Origin: Clostridia bacterium
Lineage (GTDB): Bacteria; Bacillota; Clostridia; Oscillospirales; CAG-272
DNA length: 64,000 nucleotides
Direction of reading: 5' to 3'
NCBI GenBank assembly: GCA_017937845.1
Contig: JAGBCV010000020.1
Coordinates: 4,945 to 68,944 of the forward strand
A program made the position numbers and the translations under genes. The notes below the pieces were generated by a model, which worked only from the letters and a program-made list of their open reading frames with translations, made no database searches and had not been told where the DNA came from. Below, piece after piece: positions 9,101 to 18,170 of the stretch (position 1 is the first letter of the stretch; every line of letters starts with the position of its first letter).

Positions 9101-9602
9101 CGTTTGTGGGGTCCTTTTCTTCTTTGGTTTCGGTAGTTTTTTTCGTATCGACAAAAAGAGATTTATCGAAAAAGAGGATATACGCCGCCATCATGAACGT
9201 ACCGACGACGATGCAAATATCCGCGATATTGAAAACGGGGAAATCGATGAACGTAAATTCAAGAAAATCGACGACGTATCCAAGGAAAAGACGGTCGATC
9301 ATATTGCCAACGGCACCGCCGATGATGAGCGACATTGACGTACCGAAAAGCACATGGAGCTTGCGGAAGCGGTAGAGGACGATGGGCAGAACGATGATGG
9401 CGATCGCGGTCGCCGCGAGAAAGACCCATCGATGCTCGCTGAACATACCCCAAGCCGCGCCGCGGTTCTGGATATGCGTGAAGGAAAAGAATCCTTCGAT
9501 GAGTGTGACCGAATCGTAAAGCGGAAGTGTTTGTACGACGATGTATTTGGATATCTGGTCAATGAGTACGGATAAAATGATGATAGCAGTCCATAAAATC
9601 AT
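9072..9602 (-). CDS. lspA: Lipoprotein signal peptidase II
   Basis: 176 aa. FTHIQNRGAAWGMF and VDFLEF..FPVFNIADICI blocks, with 4 TM segments. Confidence 0.9.
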   Translation of the reverse strand: MILWTAIIILSVLIDQISKYIVVQTLPLYDSVTLIEGFFSFTHIQNRGAAWGMFSEHRWVFLAATAIAIIVLPIVLYRFRKLHVLFGTSMSLIIGGAVGNMIDRLFLGYVVDFLEFTFIDFPVFNIADICIVVGTFMMAAYILFFDKSLFVDTKKTTETKEEKDPTNDVGTHNETL

Positions 9603-9614
9603 AAAGAAGCTCCT

Positions 9615-10370
9615 TTATTTGAAGGAAACGGGCAGATCAAAATCGAAGATAGGCTCTACGGCATCCGGCTCATCCAAAAGGGACATGACGGAGGGAACCT
9701 TGTTCTTTTTGGCTTTTTCCGGCTGCGGCGTTTCCTTTGCCGCCTCGGAAACGGAAAGAAATGCGTCCTTATCGGTGGTAAGCTCGACCTCGGGTGTGTC
9801 GCTCTCCTTTTCGCTTGCCGTGCCGTCCTTTGCGCCGTGCTGAGATGCGATATCGTTTTTCAGCTCGGAAACGATGCTCTCCACGTAATCGTCGGGAGTA
9901 AGCGTTTCGTCAAGCTCGTAAACGGGTGTCAGCTGTTCGATCAGCTCGATATGCAAACGGTATTTTTCAAAAAGCTCTCTTTTGAACTCGCTGACCGTTT
10001 TTTCGATATCGGAGAGCGCCTTTTTCTGTGCCTCGACCTTATCGCGGAAGCCCTTGAGAATGGCGTCGCAATTCGATTTGACGGAGGCGATGATATCGTC
10101 GGCGCGGGTGTATGCTTCCTCGATGACGGCATCGCCTGCTTTTTTGGCGGTTTCGAGCGTTTTTCTGACTCGCGTTTCCTCGGATTCGGACGCGATGAGA
10201 AGCGCCTCCGCCTCGGCAAGTCTTTGTGTGAGCGCGATATTTTCGCGGTAAAGCTTTGCATAGTTTTCCACAATGCGGTTGATATATTCGTCCACCTCGG
10301 CGGTGTTATAACCGCGGATGGAGCGGGTGAACTCTCTTTCGGAAAGCTCGTTTGGTGTCATCTGTGCCAT
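9615..10370 (-). CDS. divIVA: DivIVA-domain cell-division protein
   Basis: MTPNELSEREFTRSIRGYNTAEVDEYINRI is the DivIVA N-terminal domain, followed by coiled coil. The start was set at ATG 10370, which follows GGAG. Confidence 0.85.
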   Translation of the reverse strand: MAQMTPNELSEREFTRSIRGYNTAEVDEYINRIVENYAKLYRENIALTQRLAEAEALLIASESEETRVRKTLETAKKAGDAVIEEAYTRADDIIASVKSNCDAILKGFRDKVEAQKKALSDIEKTVSEFKRELFEKYRLHIELIEQLTPVYELDETLTPDDYVESIVSELKNDIASQHGAKDGTASEKESDTPEVELTTDKDAFLSVSEAAKETPQPEKAKKNKVPSVMSLLDEPDAVEPIFDFDLPVSFK

Positions 10371-10471
10371 GGGAATCTCCATTATTTGCATAAATTTTGG
10401 CAGAAAAACCTTGACGGGACAAAAATCTTGTCCCGTCAAAATCATATGTGTTTGGAATCAGTCAAGGGGGA

Positions 10472-10948
10472 TCAGAACAAGGTGTCGCTTGTCAGATTGA
10501 CTGCGGGAGCGGTGGGCTGAACAGCGGTCTGGCGGTTCAAATCCGCGGATTTCACTTTGGAATCGGCAACGTCAACGTTGCAGGGGGTGATGATGTAAGT
10601 GTTGTTGGCTACGTTCTTGAGCTGACCGTCGATGGAGTAAGCAACGCCTGCGAGGAAGTCGATGAGTCTTTTTGCAACTTCCTTGTTGGTCGCTTCCAAA
10701 TTCAAAACAACGGTGCGATGTGCGAGAAGGTGATCTGCGATCTCGGTAACGCTTGCGTAGTTTTCGGGTCTTACGACCTTGAGCTCGAGCGATGTGCTGT
10801 CTGTGCCGGAAATGTCCATACCCTGAGTCTGTGCGCTCTGGCGTGTGGGGGGAACCTCTTCGCCCTCGAGAGGATCCGGATAGTATTCGTCTTTATCGTA
10901 ATCGGGTTCGGTGCCGACCATCGATTTGAGTTTATCAAACAATCCCAT
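10472..10948 (-). CDS. sepF: Cell division protein SepF
   Basis: 158 aa. MGLFDKLK membrane-targeting helix and a conserved C-terminal domain (VVRPENYASVTEIADHLLAHRTVVLNLE). Confidence 0.9.
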   Translation of the reverse strand: MGLFDKLKSMVGTEPDYDKDEYYPDPLEGEEVPPTRQSAQTQGMDISGTDSTSLELKVVRPENYASVTEIADHLLAHRTVVLNLEATNKEVAKRLIDFLAGVAYSIDGQLKNVANNTYIITPCNVDVADSKVKSADLNRQTAVQPTAPAVNLTSDTLF

Positions 10949-11097
10949 TTTATACCTCCAAAAATATCGTTTTATGATATCATTTTTTCAAAACTTGATT
11001 TTTTATGGAAATGCACATAAATTTCCTTATACAACATTATAACATACTGTATTTAGAAATTGCAATCTTTTTTATAAAATTTTTATAAAAATTTTTG

Positions 11098-11802
11098 TCA
11101 AATTTTCTTGTAAGGCTCGCCGCGCTTGCCGAAGATGCCTTCGCCGATGCGAATGATATCCGTACCGTTTTGCAAAGCCTCGTGAAAGCTGCCCGACATA
11201 CCCATGGAAAGAATGGGATGTTGGCTCTCGGGGAATTTTACCTTGAAAACGGTATCGAGCAGACGCTTCATTTCGGAAAAATAGCCGTTGTAATCATCTT
11301 TGTTTTCGCAAATGGGCGCGATGGTCATAAGACCGCTCGGAACGATGCTCTCATATGCGCGAAGCGCGTCGCAGAGCGCGGGAAGCTCCTCGGGGAAGAT
11401 ACCTCCCTTGGATTCCTCGCGTCCGATGTTGAGCTCGATGAGAACGGGCATCTTGATGCCTGCTTTTTTTGCTTGCTTGTCGATCTCGGCGGCGAGAGAA
11501 AGGCTGTCGAGCGATTCGATCATATCGACCTTATCGATGATATATTTGACCTTGTTTTTTTGGAGAGAGCCGATAAAATGCAGCTTGGCGCTGTGGTCAA
11601 GGTCGTCGTAATGCGCGAGAAGCTCCTGCACGCGGTTTTCTCCGAGCAAGGTGATGCCACATTCGCGTACGGCGAAATTGATCTCCTCGGGCGTGCGTGT
11701 TTTGATGACCGCCATGATGTGAACATGGGGGTAGTCCTTCATATTTTCCCGTATACGGGCGACGTTTTCTCGAATTTCAAACGCTTTTTCTTCCGTGAGC
11801 AT
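11098..11802 (-). CDS. ylmE: YggS/YlmE-family PLP-binding protein
   Basis: 234 aa. AVIKTRT, LLGENRVQEL, HFIGSLQKNKVKYI and LSMGMSGSF blocks. Confidence 0.9.
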   Translation of the reverse strand: MLTEEKAFEIRENVARIRENMKDYPHVHIMAVIKTRTPEEINFAVRECGITLLGENRVQELLAHYDDLDHSAKLHFIGSLQKNKVKYIIDKVDMIESLDSLSLAAEIDKQAKKAGIKMPVLIELNIGREESKGGIFPEELPALCDALRAYESIVPSGLMTIAPICENKDDYNGYFSEMKRLLDTVFKVKFPESQHPILSMGMSGSFHEALQNGTDIIRIGEGIFGKRGEPYKKI

Positions 11803-11826
11803 ATATAAAACTTCCTTTCGGTGTCA

Positions 11827-13050
11827 TTATTGCATAAATTTCCCGTCGTAAAGGTCGGTTTCATCCAAAATGATGAGGTCATTGAGCGCGAGCGGCTTCA
11901 TGTCGTCCGTTCCCGCAAAATCGGGGGAGATGATGAAATATCCGTTCTGTTCCCAAAGGATATCGACCGCTCTTTCGTATGCCGCGCCCTCGCGCAGGAT
12001 GTAAACGTAGGTAACGCCGTCCTTGACACGCACGACCTCTGTCGGGATGCGAAGCCCCGTATGCTCCTCTCTGACGGCTTCCATACGTTGACAGCGTGTG
12101 ATATCGAAATCACGCGGAAGCGAGGAGGAGAAAAAGACGAGAAGCGCTTCGCCGTTTTCGGTTTCCTTGGAAACGAGCTTCATGGGAATGGTTTCCGAGT
12201 AACCGTTGTCGATGAAAAGGCAATCGTATGTCGCGCCGACGATGAAGCCGTCTGCGTTTTCGGTATCCGTTTTGGAAACGTAATACCATTTGGCGCTTGT
12301 TATGAGCGTTCCAATAGCCCCCGTCGTGTTTTTCGGTGCTTCCTGCAAAAGCAGATCAAAGGTGTGAAGTGCGATATCTTCTGCCATTTCTGAGGTAAAG
12401 ATCGTTTCAAATCCGTCCGTTTCGGCGTAAAAATAACCCGAATACGGTGTCGTGACGTATTCGCTTGCCGAGCCGAACGCGGAAACGATACGGGAGATCT
12501 CCGCCTCCAAAAGTATGATCTCGGCTTCATAATTTGCTTTTCCGCTCGTCAGCAGGTCTTTTTTTGCCATCAGCACGAGAAGCTCATCGGAAAGCGCGTC
12601 TGCCGCCGCCGTATCGCCTGCGGTCTTTTTTTCCGAGATGGCAAAGGTCAGATGGCTGATGCGTTTTTCCACTTCTTCCACGGTCAGCCTGCCGAGGGAT
12701 TCGCTTCGGCGCAAAATTTCGATCTGTTTCTTGTATTCGTCGATTTTTTCCGCAATATCGGCGTTTCCGTAGCGGTAGACCTCGCAAACGATCTTATCCG
12801 CGCCCACCTTTTCGCCGTCGTAATACCGATAGTGGCAAAGTCCCGAGGTACGGGCGGAAAGCACCGTTTCCTCGCGGAATATGTAGCCCGTAAAGGTCGC
12901 GCTGTCGCGTGCCGTATACGGACGGACCGCGAAAAGGGAAATATCCTCTTGCAAATTTTTGAAAATATGATAGCCGAGATACACCGCCGCGAGCAGACAA
13001 AGACAGACGGCGAGGATTCGTTTATAAATTTTTGGTATGCCGTTTTCCAT
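11827..13050 (-). CDS. Signal-anchored coiled-coil protein, HlyD/membrane-fusion-like
   Basis: 407 aa. One N-terminal TM segment, a central coiled coil and beta-rich ends. The family assignment comes from overall architecture only. Confidence 0.5.
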   Translation of the reverse strand: MENGIPKIYKRILAVCLCLLAAVYLGYHIFKNLQEDISLFAVRPYTARDSATFTGYIFREETVLSARTSGLCHYRYYDGEKVGADKIVCEVYRYGNADIAEKIDEYKKQIEILRRSESLGRLTVEEVEKRISHLTFAISEKKTAGDTAAADALSDELLVLMAKKDLLTSGKANYEAEIILLEAEISRIVSAFGSASEYVTTPYSGYFYAETDGFETIFTSEMAEDIALHTFDLLLQEAPKNTTGAIGTLITSAKWYYVSKTDTENADGFIVGATYDCLFIDNGYSETIPMKLVSKETENGEALLVFFSSSLPRDFDITRCQRMEAVREEHTGLRIPTEVVRVKDGVTYVYILREGAAYERAVDILWEQNGYFIISPDFAGTDDMKPLALNDLIILDETDLYDGKFMQ

Positions 13051-13085
13051 ACGGTGTCCTTTCTGCGCTTGCGTTGATGGTCTGA

Positions 13086-13142
13086 GCCTTCCCCTTGAGG
13101 GGAAGGGGGACCATTTTGCTTTGCAAAATGGTGGATGAGGTG
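13086..13142 (-). repeat. Mosaic hairpin repeat RE-C, module C2
   Basis: Minus-strand reading: CATCC, ACCATTTTGC-AAA-GCAAAATGGT, CCC, CCTTCCCC-TCAA-GGGGAAGG. It sits between the miaA stop and the next gene's start, and the same architecture is found at 29207-29252. Confidence 0.7.
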
Positions 13143-13146
13143 TTTT

Positions 13147-14103
13147 TTAAGAAAATAGGTATGCTCTTTGGATTGCGTCAAATACTGCGTTCAAAAGCAT
13201 TTCCTTGTTTTCGTAATCGTCGGGATAGAGCCAATGGATATTTTTGTTTCTGCGGAGCCATGTCAGCTGACGCTTGGCATAATGTCTGGTTGCGATCTTA
13301 ATGGCGGATACGGCATCCTCAAGTGGAATATCTCCCTTGAAATAACCGATAAGCTCCTTATAGCCGATGGCCCCGCCCGCCGTACTTTCGGGGGTGAGAT
13401 AACCACCGTCAAGAAGCGCCTTGACCTCGTCAAGAAGTCCCTCTTCCATCATGATATCCACGCGCTTGTCGATGCGTGCATACAATGTTTCGCGGTCGCG
13501 GTAATCGAGAGCGAAGATGATCGCCTCATAGGGGGATTCGTGTTCGATTGCTTTTTTGTCCCATTCGGTCTTCGTCATGCCTGAGGTCTTGCAAATTTCC
13601 AAAGCGCGGATGACGCGCTTGACGTTATTGAAATGAATGGCGTTTGCGGCTTCGGGGTCGAGCGACATGAGCTTTGCGTGAAGCGCTTCGTTTCCGTTTT
13701 CTTCTGCGAATTTTGCAAGCTCTGCGCGGTATGCGGGGTCGGGTTCAAGCTCGCCAAAGTCCACGCCGCGGAGCACGGAGTCAAGATAAAGCCCTGTTCC
13801 TCCGCAAAGAACAGGCACTTTTCCGCGCAAAAATACGTCCTTGATGGCACTTTGCGCCCTCTCCGCGAATACCGCCGCCGAGAAGTCTTCATCGGGTTCG
13901 CAGATGTCGATCAGGTGATGCGGTACACGCGCCATCTCCTCTTTCGTCGGTTTTGCCGTGCCGATATCCATTTTGCGATAGATCTGCATGGAATCGCACG
14001 AGATGATCTCACCGCCGTATTTTTCGCAAATGGCAAGCGCTGTCGCACTTTTTCCGCTTGCGGTCGGACCTTGTACGGCGATAACGGGGATTTTTTTGTT
14101 CAT
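13147..14103 (-). CDS. miaA: tRNA dimethylallyltransferase
   Basis: 318 aa. GPTASGKS P-loop and SCDSMQIYRKMDIGTAKPT block. Confidence 0.92.
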   Translation of the reverse strand: MNKKIPVIAVQGPTASGKSATALAICEKYGGEIISCDSMQIYRKMDIGTAKPTKEEMARVPHHLIDICEPDEDFSAAVFAERAQSAIKDVFLRGKVPVLCGGTGLYLDSVLRGVDFGELEPDPAYRAELAKFAEENGNEALHAKLMSLDPEAANAIHFNNVKRVIRALEICKTSGMTKTEWDKKAIEHESPYEAIIFALDYRDRETLYARIDKRVDIMMEEGLLDEVKALLDGGYLTPESTAGGAIGYKELIGYFKGDIPLEDAVSAIKIATRHYAKRQLTWLRRNKNIHWLYPDDYENKEMLLNAVFDAIQRAYLFS

Positions 14104-14140
14104 GTGGTTCTCCGATATATAATGATTCGTGCTGAAAGCA

Positions 14141-14179
14141 CACCTTTTCTTTTCACTTTTCTCTCTTCATTTTTTCACT
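14141..14179 (+). repeat. Pyrimidine word tract RE-D (CTTTTCTTTTCACTTTTCTCTCTTCATTTTTTCACT)
   Basis: Iterated TTTTCAC/TTCTCT words. Related tracts are at 55771-55807 (same strand sense) and 48866-48897 (purine strand). Confidence 0.55.
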
Positions 14180-14196
14180 GAATAAAGGCTCGTCCT

Positions 14197-15276
14197 TTAT
14201 TCAATCAACATGGCATCTCCGAAGGAGAAAAATCTGTATTCTTCTTCTACGGCGGTGCGGTAAGCGTTCATGATGATATCGCGGTTGGAAAATGCAGAAA
14301 TGAGCATGATGAGCGTGCTTTCGGGCAGATGAAAATTCGTGATAAGTGCGTCAACGGCTTTGAATTTATAGCCGGGATAGATGAAAATGCCTGTATCGTC
14401 GCACATGGGGTGGACGATGCCGTCCTCGGTGGAGGCACTTTCAAGCGTACGGCAAGAGGTCGTTCCGACCGCGATGATGCGGCCGCCTCTCTTGCGTGCA
14501 TTGTTGATTTTTTCGGCACTTTCTTCGGTTACGGTGAAAAATTCGCTGTGCATCACATGGTCTGCGATCTGCTCTGCCTTGACGGGGCGGAACGTACCAA
14601 GACCGACGTGGAGCATGACGGGTGCGATTTCCACGCCCATTTCGCGGATTTTATTGAGAAGCTCTTCTGTGAAATGCAGACCTGCTGTGGGCGCGGCGGC
14701 GGAGCCTTCTTCGCGTGCGTAGACGGTCTGATAATCTTCGTTGCGTTTGAGCTCCTCCGTGATGTAAGGGGGCAGGGGCATTCTGCCGATCTCATCGAGG
14801 ATCGCATAGAGATTTTTACCTGTGGATTTATCGTAATCGAATTTTACGATGCGGTTGCCCTCCTCGGTCACTTCCTTGATGGTTGCGACGAGAAGTCCGT
14901 CTCCGAAACGGACGGTCGTGCCTTCTTTCAGACGTCTGCCGGGGCGTACGATGGTTTCCCAAAGGTCGAGCGAGCGCTGACGGAGCAGGAGAAATTCGCA
15001 GTCCGCGCCTTCCTTGCCGTCCTCAAGTATCTTTTTGCCGTAGATGCGGGCGGGAATGACCTTGGAATCGTTGATGACGAGTACGTCACCCGGCTTCAGA
15101 TAGTCGGTGATATCACGAAAAATTTTATGTGTGATATCGCCCGTTTTGCGGTCAAGCACCATGAGGCGCGCTTCGTCGCGCTTTTCGGTGGGGTGCTGAG
15201 CGATCAGACGCTCGGGCAGGTCGTAATAAAAATCAGATGTTTTGAGAGTGGTTTCTGTGAGATTGTTTTTTATCAT
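14197..15276 (-). CDS. queA: S-adenosylmethionine:tRNA ribosyltransferase-isomerase
   Basis: 359 aa. [15 protein letters not shown]-terminus, and full-length similarity to QueA. Confidence 0.92.
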   Translation of the reverse strand: MIKNNLTETTLKTSDFYYDLPERLIAQHPTEKRDEARLMVLDRKTGDITHKIFRDITDYLKPGDVLVINDSKVIPARIYGKKILEDGKEGADCEFLLLRQRSLDLWETIVRPGRRLKEGTTVRFGDGLLVATIKEVTEEGNRIVKFDYDKSTGKNLYAILDEIGRMPLPPYITEELKRNEDYQTVYAREEGSAAAPTAGLHFTEELLNKIREMGVEIAPVMLHVGLGTFRPVKAEQIADHVMHSEFFTVTEESAEKINNARKRGGRIIAVGTTSCRTLESASTEDGIVHPMCDDTGIFIYPGYKFKAVDALITNFHLPESTLIMLISAFSNRDIIMNAYRTAVEEEYRFFSFGDAMLIE

Positions 15277-15393
15277 ATCAATTCCTCAAATTCAGAGTGT
15301 TATCGTTTGTTTATAAAGATTTCAATATTATATTATACCATGAGAAAAACGCGGATACAAGATAATTTTGTGAATTTTAAGAATAAATATCAA

Positions 15394-15423
15394 GAAAAAA
15401 CGCCTCTCCGTGTGGAAAGGCGT
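15394..15423 (-). terminator. Intrinsic terminator
   Basis: Minus strand: ACGCCUUUCC-ACAC-GGAGAGGCGU (10 bp, one G-U pair) followed by UUUUUU. It begins 7 nt after the stop at 15430. Confidence 0.7.
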
Positions 15424-15429
15424 GTGATA

Positions 15430-15969
15430 TTATTCCGCGCTTGCGACTTTGGCTTGGAGCTTTTCGTAAAATTCCGCAAGGTCGTTTTCCAGCTCGTGTG
15501 TGCCTTCGCCAAGGCTGACCCATTCTGTCCAGAAGGATTTATAGGTGCGGACGAGCATGACCTCGGTGAACGCGATGAGGCGTTTGTTGGCGTCGTCGGC
15601 TACGCGAAGCTCTTCCTCACTTTGCAGCTGGTCGACTTCTTCTTCCGTTTCGGCGGCATCTAAAAGCGCGCGGTTTGCGGCAAGTGCTTCTTCATCGGCG
15701 GCAAGCTCCTCGGCGGTCTTTTTGCGCTTGATGCTGATGACGGCGTGGCTGATATAGCCCGGTGCAAAGCTCTTATTCTCGTCTGCGGAATATTCGCCGT
15801 AGCGGTTCTGCGCTTCGTTTTCTTTTTGACCGAAAACAAGCTCAAGGTCATAACCGAGCGCTTCAAACTGCGCTTTTTTGTCTTGGCAGAAATCCATGAT
15901 CTCCGTTGCGAGCTTTTGCTCGGTTTCATAAATTGCTTCGTTCGTAATCTTTTTGCGTTTAATTTCCAT
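15430..15969 (-). CDS. Hypothetical acidic protein
   Basis: About 179 aa starting from ATG 15969 (the ORF-track start at 15978 is a GTG). It is Glu/Ala-rich, has no recognised motif, is monocistronic and has its own terminator. Confidence 0.55.
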   Translation of the reverse strand: MEIKRKKITNEAIYETEQKLATEIMDFCQDKKAQFEALGYDLELVFGQKENEAQNRYGEYSADENKSFAPGYISHAVISIKRKKTAEELAADEEALAANRALLDAAETEEEVDQLQSEEELRVADDANKRLIAFTEVMLVRTYKSFWTEWVSLGEGTHELENDLAEFYEKLQAKVASAE

Positions 15970-16132
15970 AGATATCACCGTTCCTTATGATATAAAATTC
16001 GTTTTGTGTGAAAAATACTGAAAATATTTGCGAATATTTTGGGTTAGTTCATAAAAAAATATTGAAAAAAATGATTTTTAGGTATACAATAGGAGTATCT
16101 ATCAATTTTTCAAATCGGAAAGGAAGATTATA

Positions 16133-16402
16133 ATGTCGGCTTATTCAAACAATCAACCCATGGATACCTTGACTTTCGCTATCGGCAACGATAAGGAAAG
16201 ACAAAACAAGATGATCTTACAGGAGGTCTATGCCGCTCTTTTGGAGAAAGGCTATAACCCCATCAATCAAATCGTAGGATATATTCTTTCCGAAGACCCG
16301 ACCTATATCACGAACCACAGAAATGCCCGCGGTCTTATCCGTAAGATCGACCGCGACGAGCTTCTCGGCTGTATGCTCCGCGAATATCTTCATATTGGCT
16401 GA
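16133..16402 (+). CDS. ireB: IreB/UPF0297-family regulatory phosphoprotein
   Basis: 89 aa. [47 protein letters not shown] is characteristic of the family. Confidence 0.85.
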   Translation: MSAYSNNQPMDTLTFAIGNDKERQNKMILQEVYAALLEKGYNPINQIVGYILSEDPTYITNHRNARGLIRKIDRDELLGCMLREYLHIG

Positions 16403-16447
16403 TACGTATAGTATATCGAACTTTTCGGTAAAATGCAATTCTTTTTT

Positions 16448-17359
16448 TCAAAAAGAAGCGGCTGTCAGTAAAATCGGCAAAACTTTTTGATAAATACCGT
16501 AAAATGCACACGGCGGAAGCGGATTTTTTCCGTTTCCGCATTCTATTGTGAACGCGGGAATGCCGAGCTTTTGTATGACGAAATCCTTATATCCGCCGTA
16601 AGAGGCTTCTTTGGGCGGTCTGGCAACGCGATAACCGCTGACGCGGGAAAAACATTCGGCGAGCATATTTGCCCCCTTGGGTGCTTTGCCCTCGAAATCC
16701 CAGTAAATTTCCTCCCCTTGCGTATGCAGGGCGACGGCAAGCCGCAACTGCTTGGAAAGCATTCGGGTGAGATCGGCAAGCGCTGCCGTTTCCGGCTCGC
16801 TTTCGGGATATTCTCCGCCGTAGCGTGTGGGTGCGCTTGCGAAAATGCCGAGTGCGCGCTCCGCTTCCTTGCATTTTGCAAATTCCGCATCGTAATTGTG
16901 GTTGAGGTCAACGCCCCGCGCATTTGCCTGCCAAAGGGAAAAATCCTCACTGCCGTTGATGCTTTTCACCCTGTCCTTGAGAACGCCTGCCGCTTGTGCG
17001 CCGAGATGCGCGATGGCAACGCCGTCGGGGTTGAGCATTGGCACGATATAGATGCTTCGTCTTTCGAGGAGTCCGCCGACGGAAAAGCCCGCAAGACGGG
17101 AAAGCCCTCGCCGCTTGGCATCTAAAATATCCTCGGTGAACTTCATCAGCAGGAGGGAAGTGATGGCTTCCGCTCCATGATGCGCCCCCACGAAAAGGGA
17201 GGCGCTTTTTCCATGCCCAAGCTGATAGAGCGGGATATTTCTGCCGAGAATGCTTGCGCCGAGGGTGCTGATTTCGATATCTTGATGCTTTGCGATAAGC
17301 TCATCGGTGAAGGCTTGCAGAATTTCGGGCGTTACGGGAGATAGATAGTCAACGGACAT
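16448..17359 (-). CDS. M14-family zinc carboxypeptidase (gamma-D-glutamyl-diamino acid peptidase-like)
   Basis: The GAHHGAE..T zinc-ligand block is preceded by an LysM-free N-terminus. Also NPDG and HTQGEEIYW blocks. The start was set at ATG 17359, which follows AAAGGAG. Confidence 0.7.
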   Translation of the reverse strand: MSVDYLSPVTPEILQAFTDELIAKHQDIEISTLGASILGRNIPLYQLGHGKSASLFVGAHHGAEAITSLLLMKFTEDILDAKRRGLSRLAGFSVGGLLERRSIYIVPMLNPDGVAIAHLGAQAAGVLKDRVKSINGSEDFSLWQANARGVDLNHNYDAEFAKCKEAERALGIFASAPTRYGGEYPESEPETAALADLTRMLSKQLRLAVALHTQGEEIYWDFEGKAPKGANMLAECFSRVSGYRVARPPKEASYGGYKDFVIQKLGIPAFTIECGNGKNPLPPCAFYGIYQKVLPILLTAASF

Positions 17360-17469
17360 TTGGGAACTCCTTTCGGGAATGCTTCTATCGGTTATCGTAT
17401 GCAAAAGCGGACGATTCGTGCGGAACTTGATAAACTATCTGCAAAAGAATGAAAATCTTTTCAAAATTC

Positions 17470-17483
17470 GGAACAACCGTTTG
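17470..17483. promoter_or_regulatory. LexA (Cheo/SOS) box
   Basis: G-GAAC-AACC-GTTT-G matches the Firmicute consensus CGAAC-N4-GTTCG in the GAAC-N4-GTTY core. It overlaps the -35 of the lexA promoter. Confidence 0.6.
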
Positions 17484-17509
17484 ATTTTTCACGAAATGTG
17501 TGATATGAT
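17481..17509 (+). promoter_or_regulatory. Candidate lexA promoter
   Basis: TTGATT, 17-nt spacer, TGaTATGAT (extended -10). It lies 53 nt upstream of the ATG. Confidence 0.5.
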
Positions 17510-17561
17510 ATAGAAGTAATATTTTTTTCGCTTCGGCGGAGCATAGGAAGGATGCAACATC

Positions 17562-18170
17562 ATGCAAACTTTGACAGAAAAAGAAAGAGAAATGTATCAG
17601 TATATATGTAAGGTGATGGAGGAAAAGGGATATGCGCCCTCTGTGCGCGATATCCAGAATGCGCTTTCCATCAAAAGCACCGCAACGGTACATTCATATC
17701 TCAATAAGTTGGAAGATAAGGGCTATATCCAAAAGGAGCAGGGCAAGAGCCGTACCCTGCGCGTCGGCGCGGATACGCCAGCACCCCAAGGAACCGTCCG
17801 CGTTCCCATCGTCGGACAGGTCGCGGCGGGGCTTCCCATTCTTGCGGAGCAGAATTATGACGGCTATGTGGATTTTTGCCCCCCGAGAGGACTTTCGCGC
17901 GCGGAGCTGTTTGCGCTTCGTATCAAGGGCGAAAGTATGATCGAGGCGGGTATCATGAACGGTGACTACGTCATCGTCAGCCGAACGAGCTACGTGGAAA
18001 ACGGGGATATCGCGGTCGTGCTTCTTGACGACGAAGCCACCGTCAAGACCTTTTACCGCGAAAACGGCGCGTTCCGTCTGCAACCCGAAAACCGCACGAT
18101 GAAGCCCATCATCACAAAAGAGGTCTATATCCTCGGAAAGGTTATTGCGAATATTCGCTATTATCATTAA
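17562..18170 (+). CDS. lexA: LexA repressor
   Basis: 202 aa. Winged-helix N-terminus (YAPSVRDIQNAL..STATVHSYLNKLEDKGYI) and an S24 peptidase domain (GESMIEAGIMNGDYVIV). Confidence 0.93.
   Translation: MQTLTEKEREMYQYICKVMEEKGYAPSVRDIQNALSIKSTATVHSYLNKLEDKGYIQKEQGKSRTLRVGADTPAPQGTVRVPIVGQVAAGLPILAEQNYDGYVDFCPPRGLSRAELFALRIKGESMIEAGIMNGDYVIVSRTSYVENGDIAVVLLDDEATVKTFYRENGAFRLQPENRTMKPIITKEVYILGKVIANIRYYH

Noticed and set aside
6533-9136. An 867-aa plus-strand ORF spanning the GH39, HAD and rluD loci
   Set aside because: It runs antisense across three independently well-supported minus-strand genes and through their intergenic gaps. The translation is low-complexity (Arg/Asp/Phe/Gly-rich) with no motif. 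Stop-poor antisense frames are typical of this codon usage.
14180-14202. The hairpin GAATAAAGG-CTCGT-CCTTTATTC overlapping the queA stop, considered as a terminator
   Set aside because: On the transcribed (minus) strand it is not followed by a U-run, and miaA starts 94 nt further on. It is more likely a read-through structure or part of the adjacent word-tract repeat.
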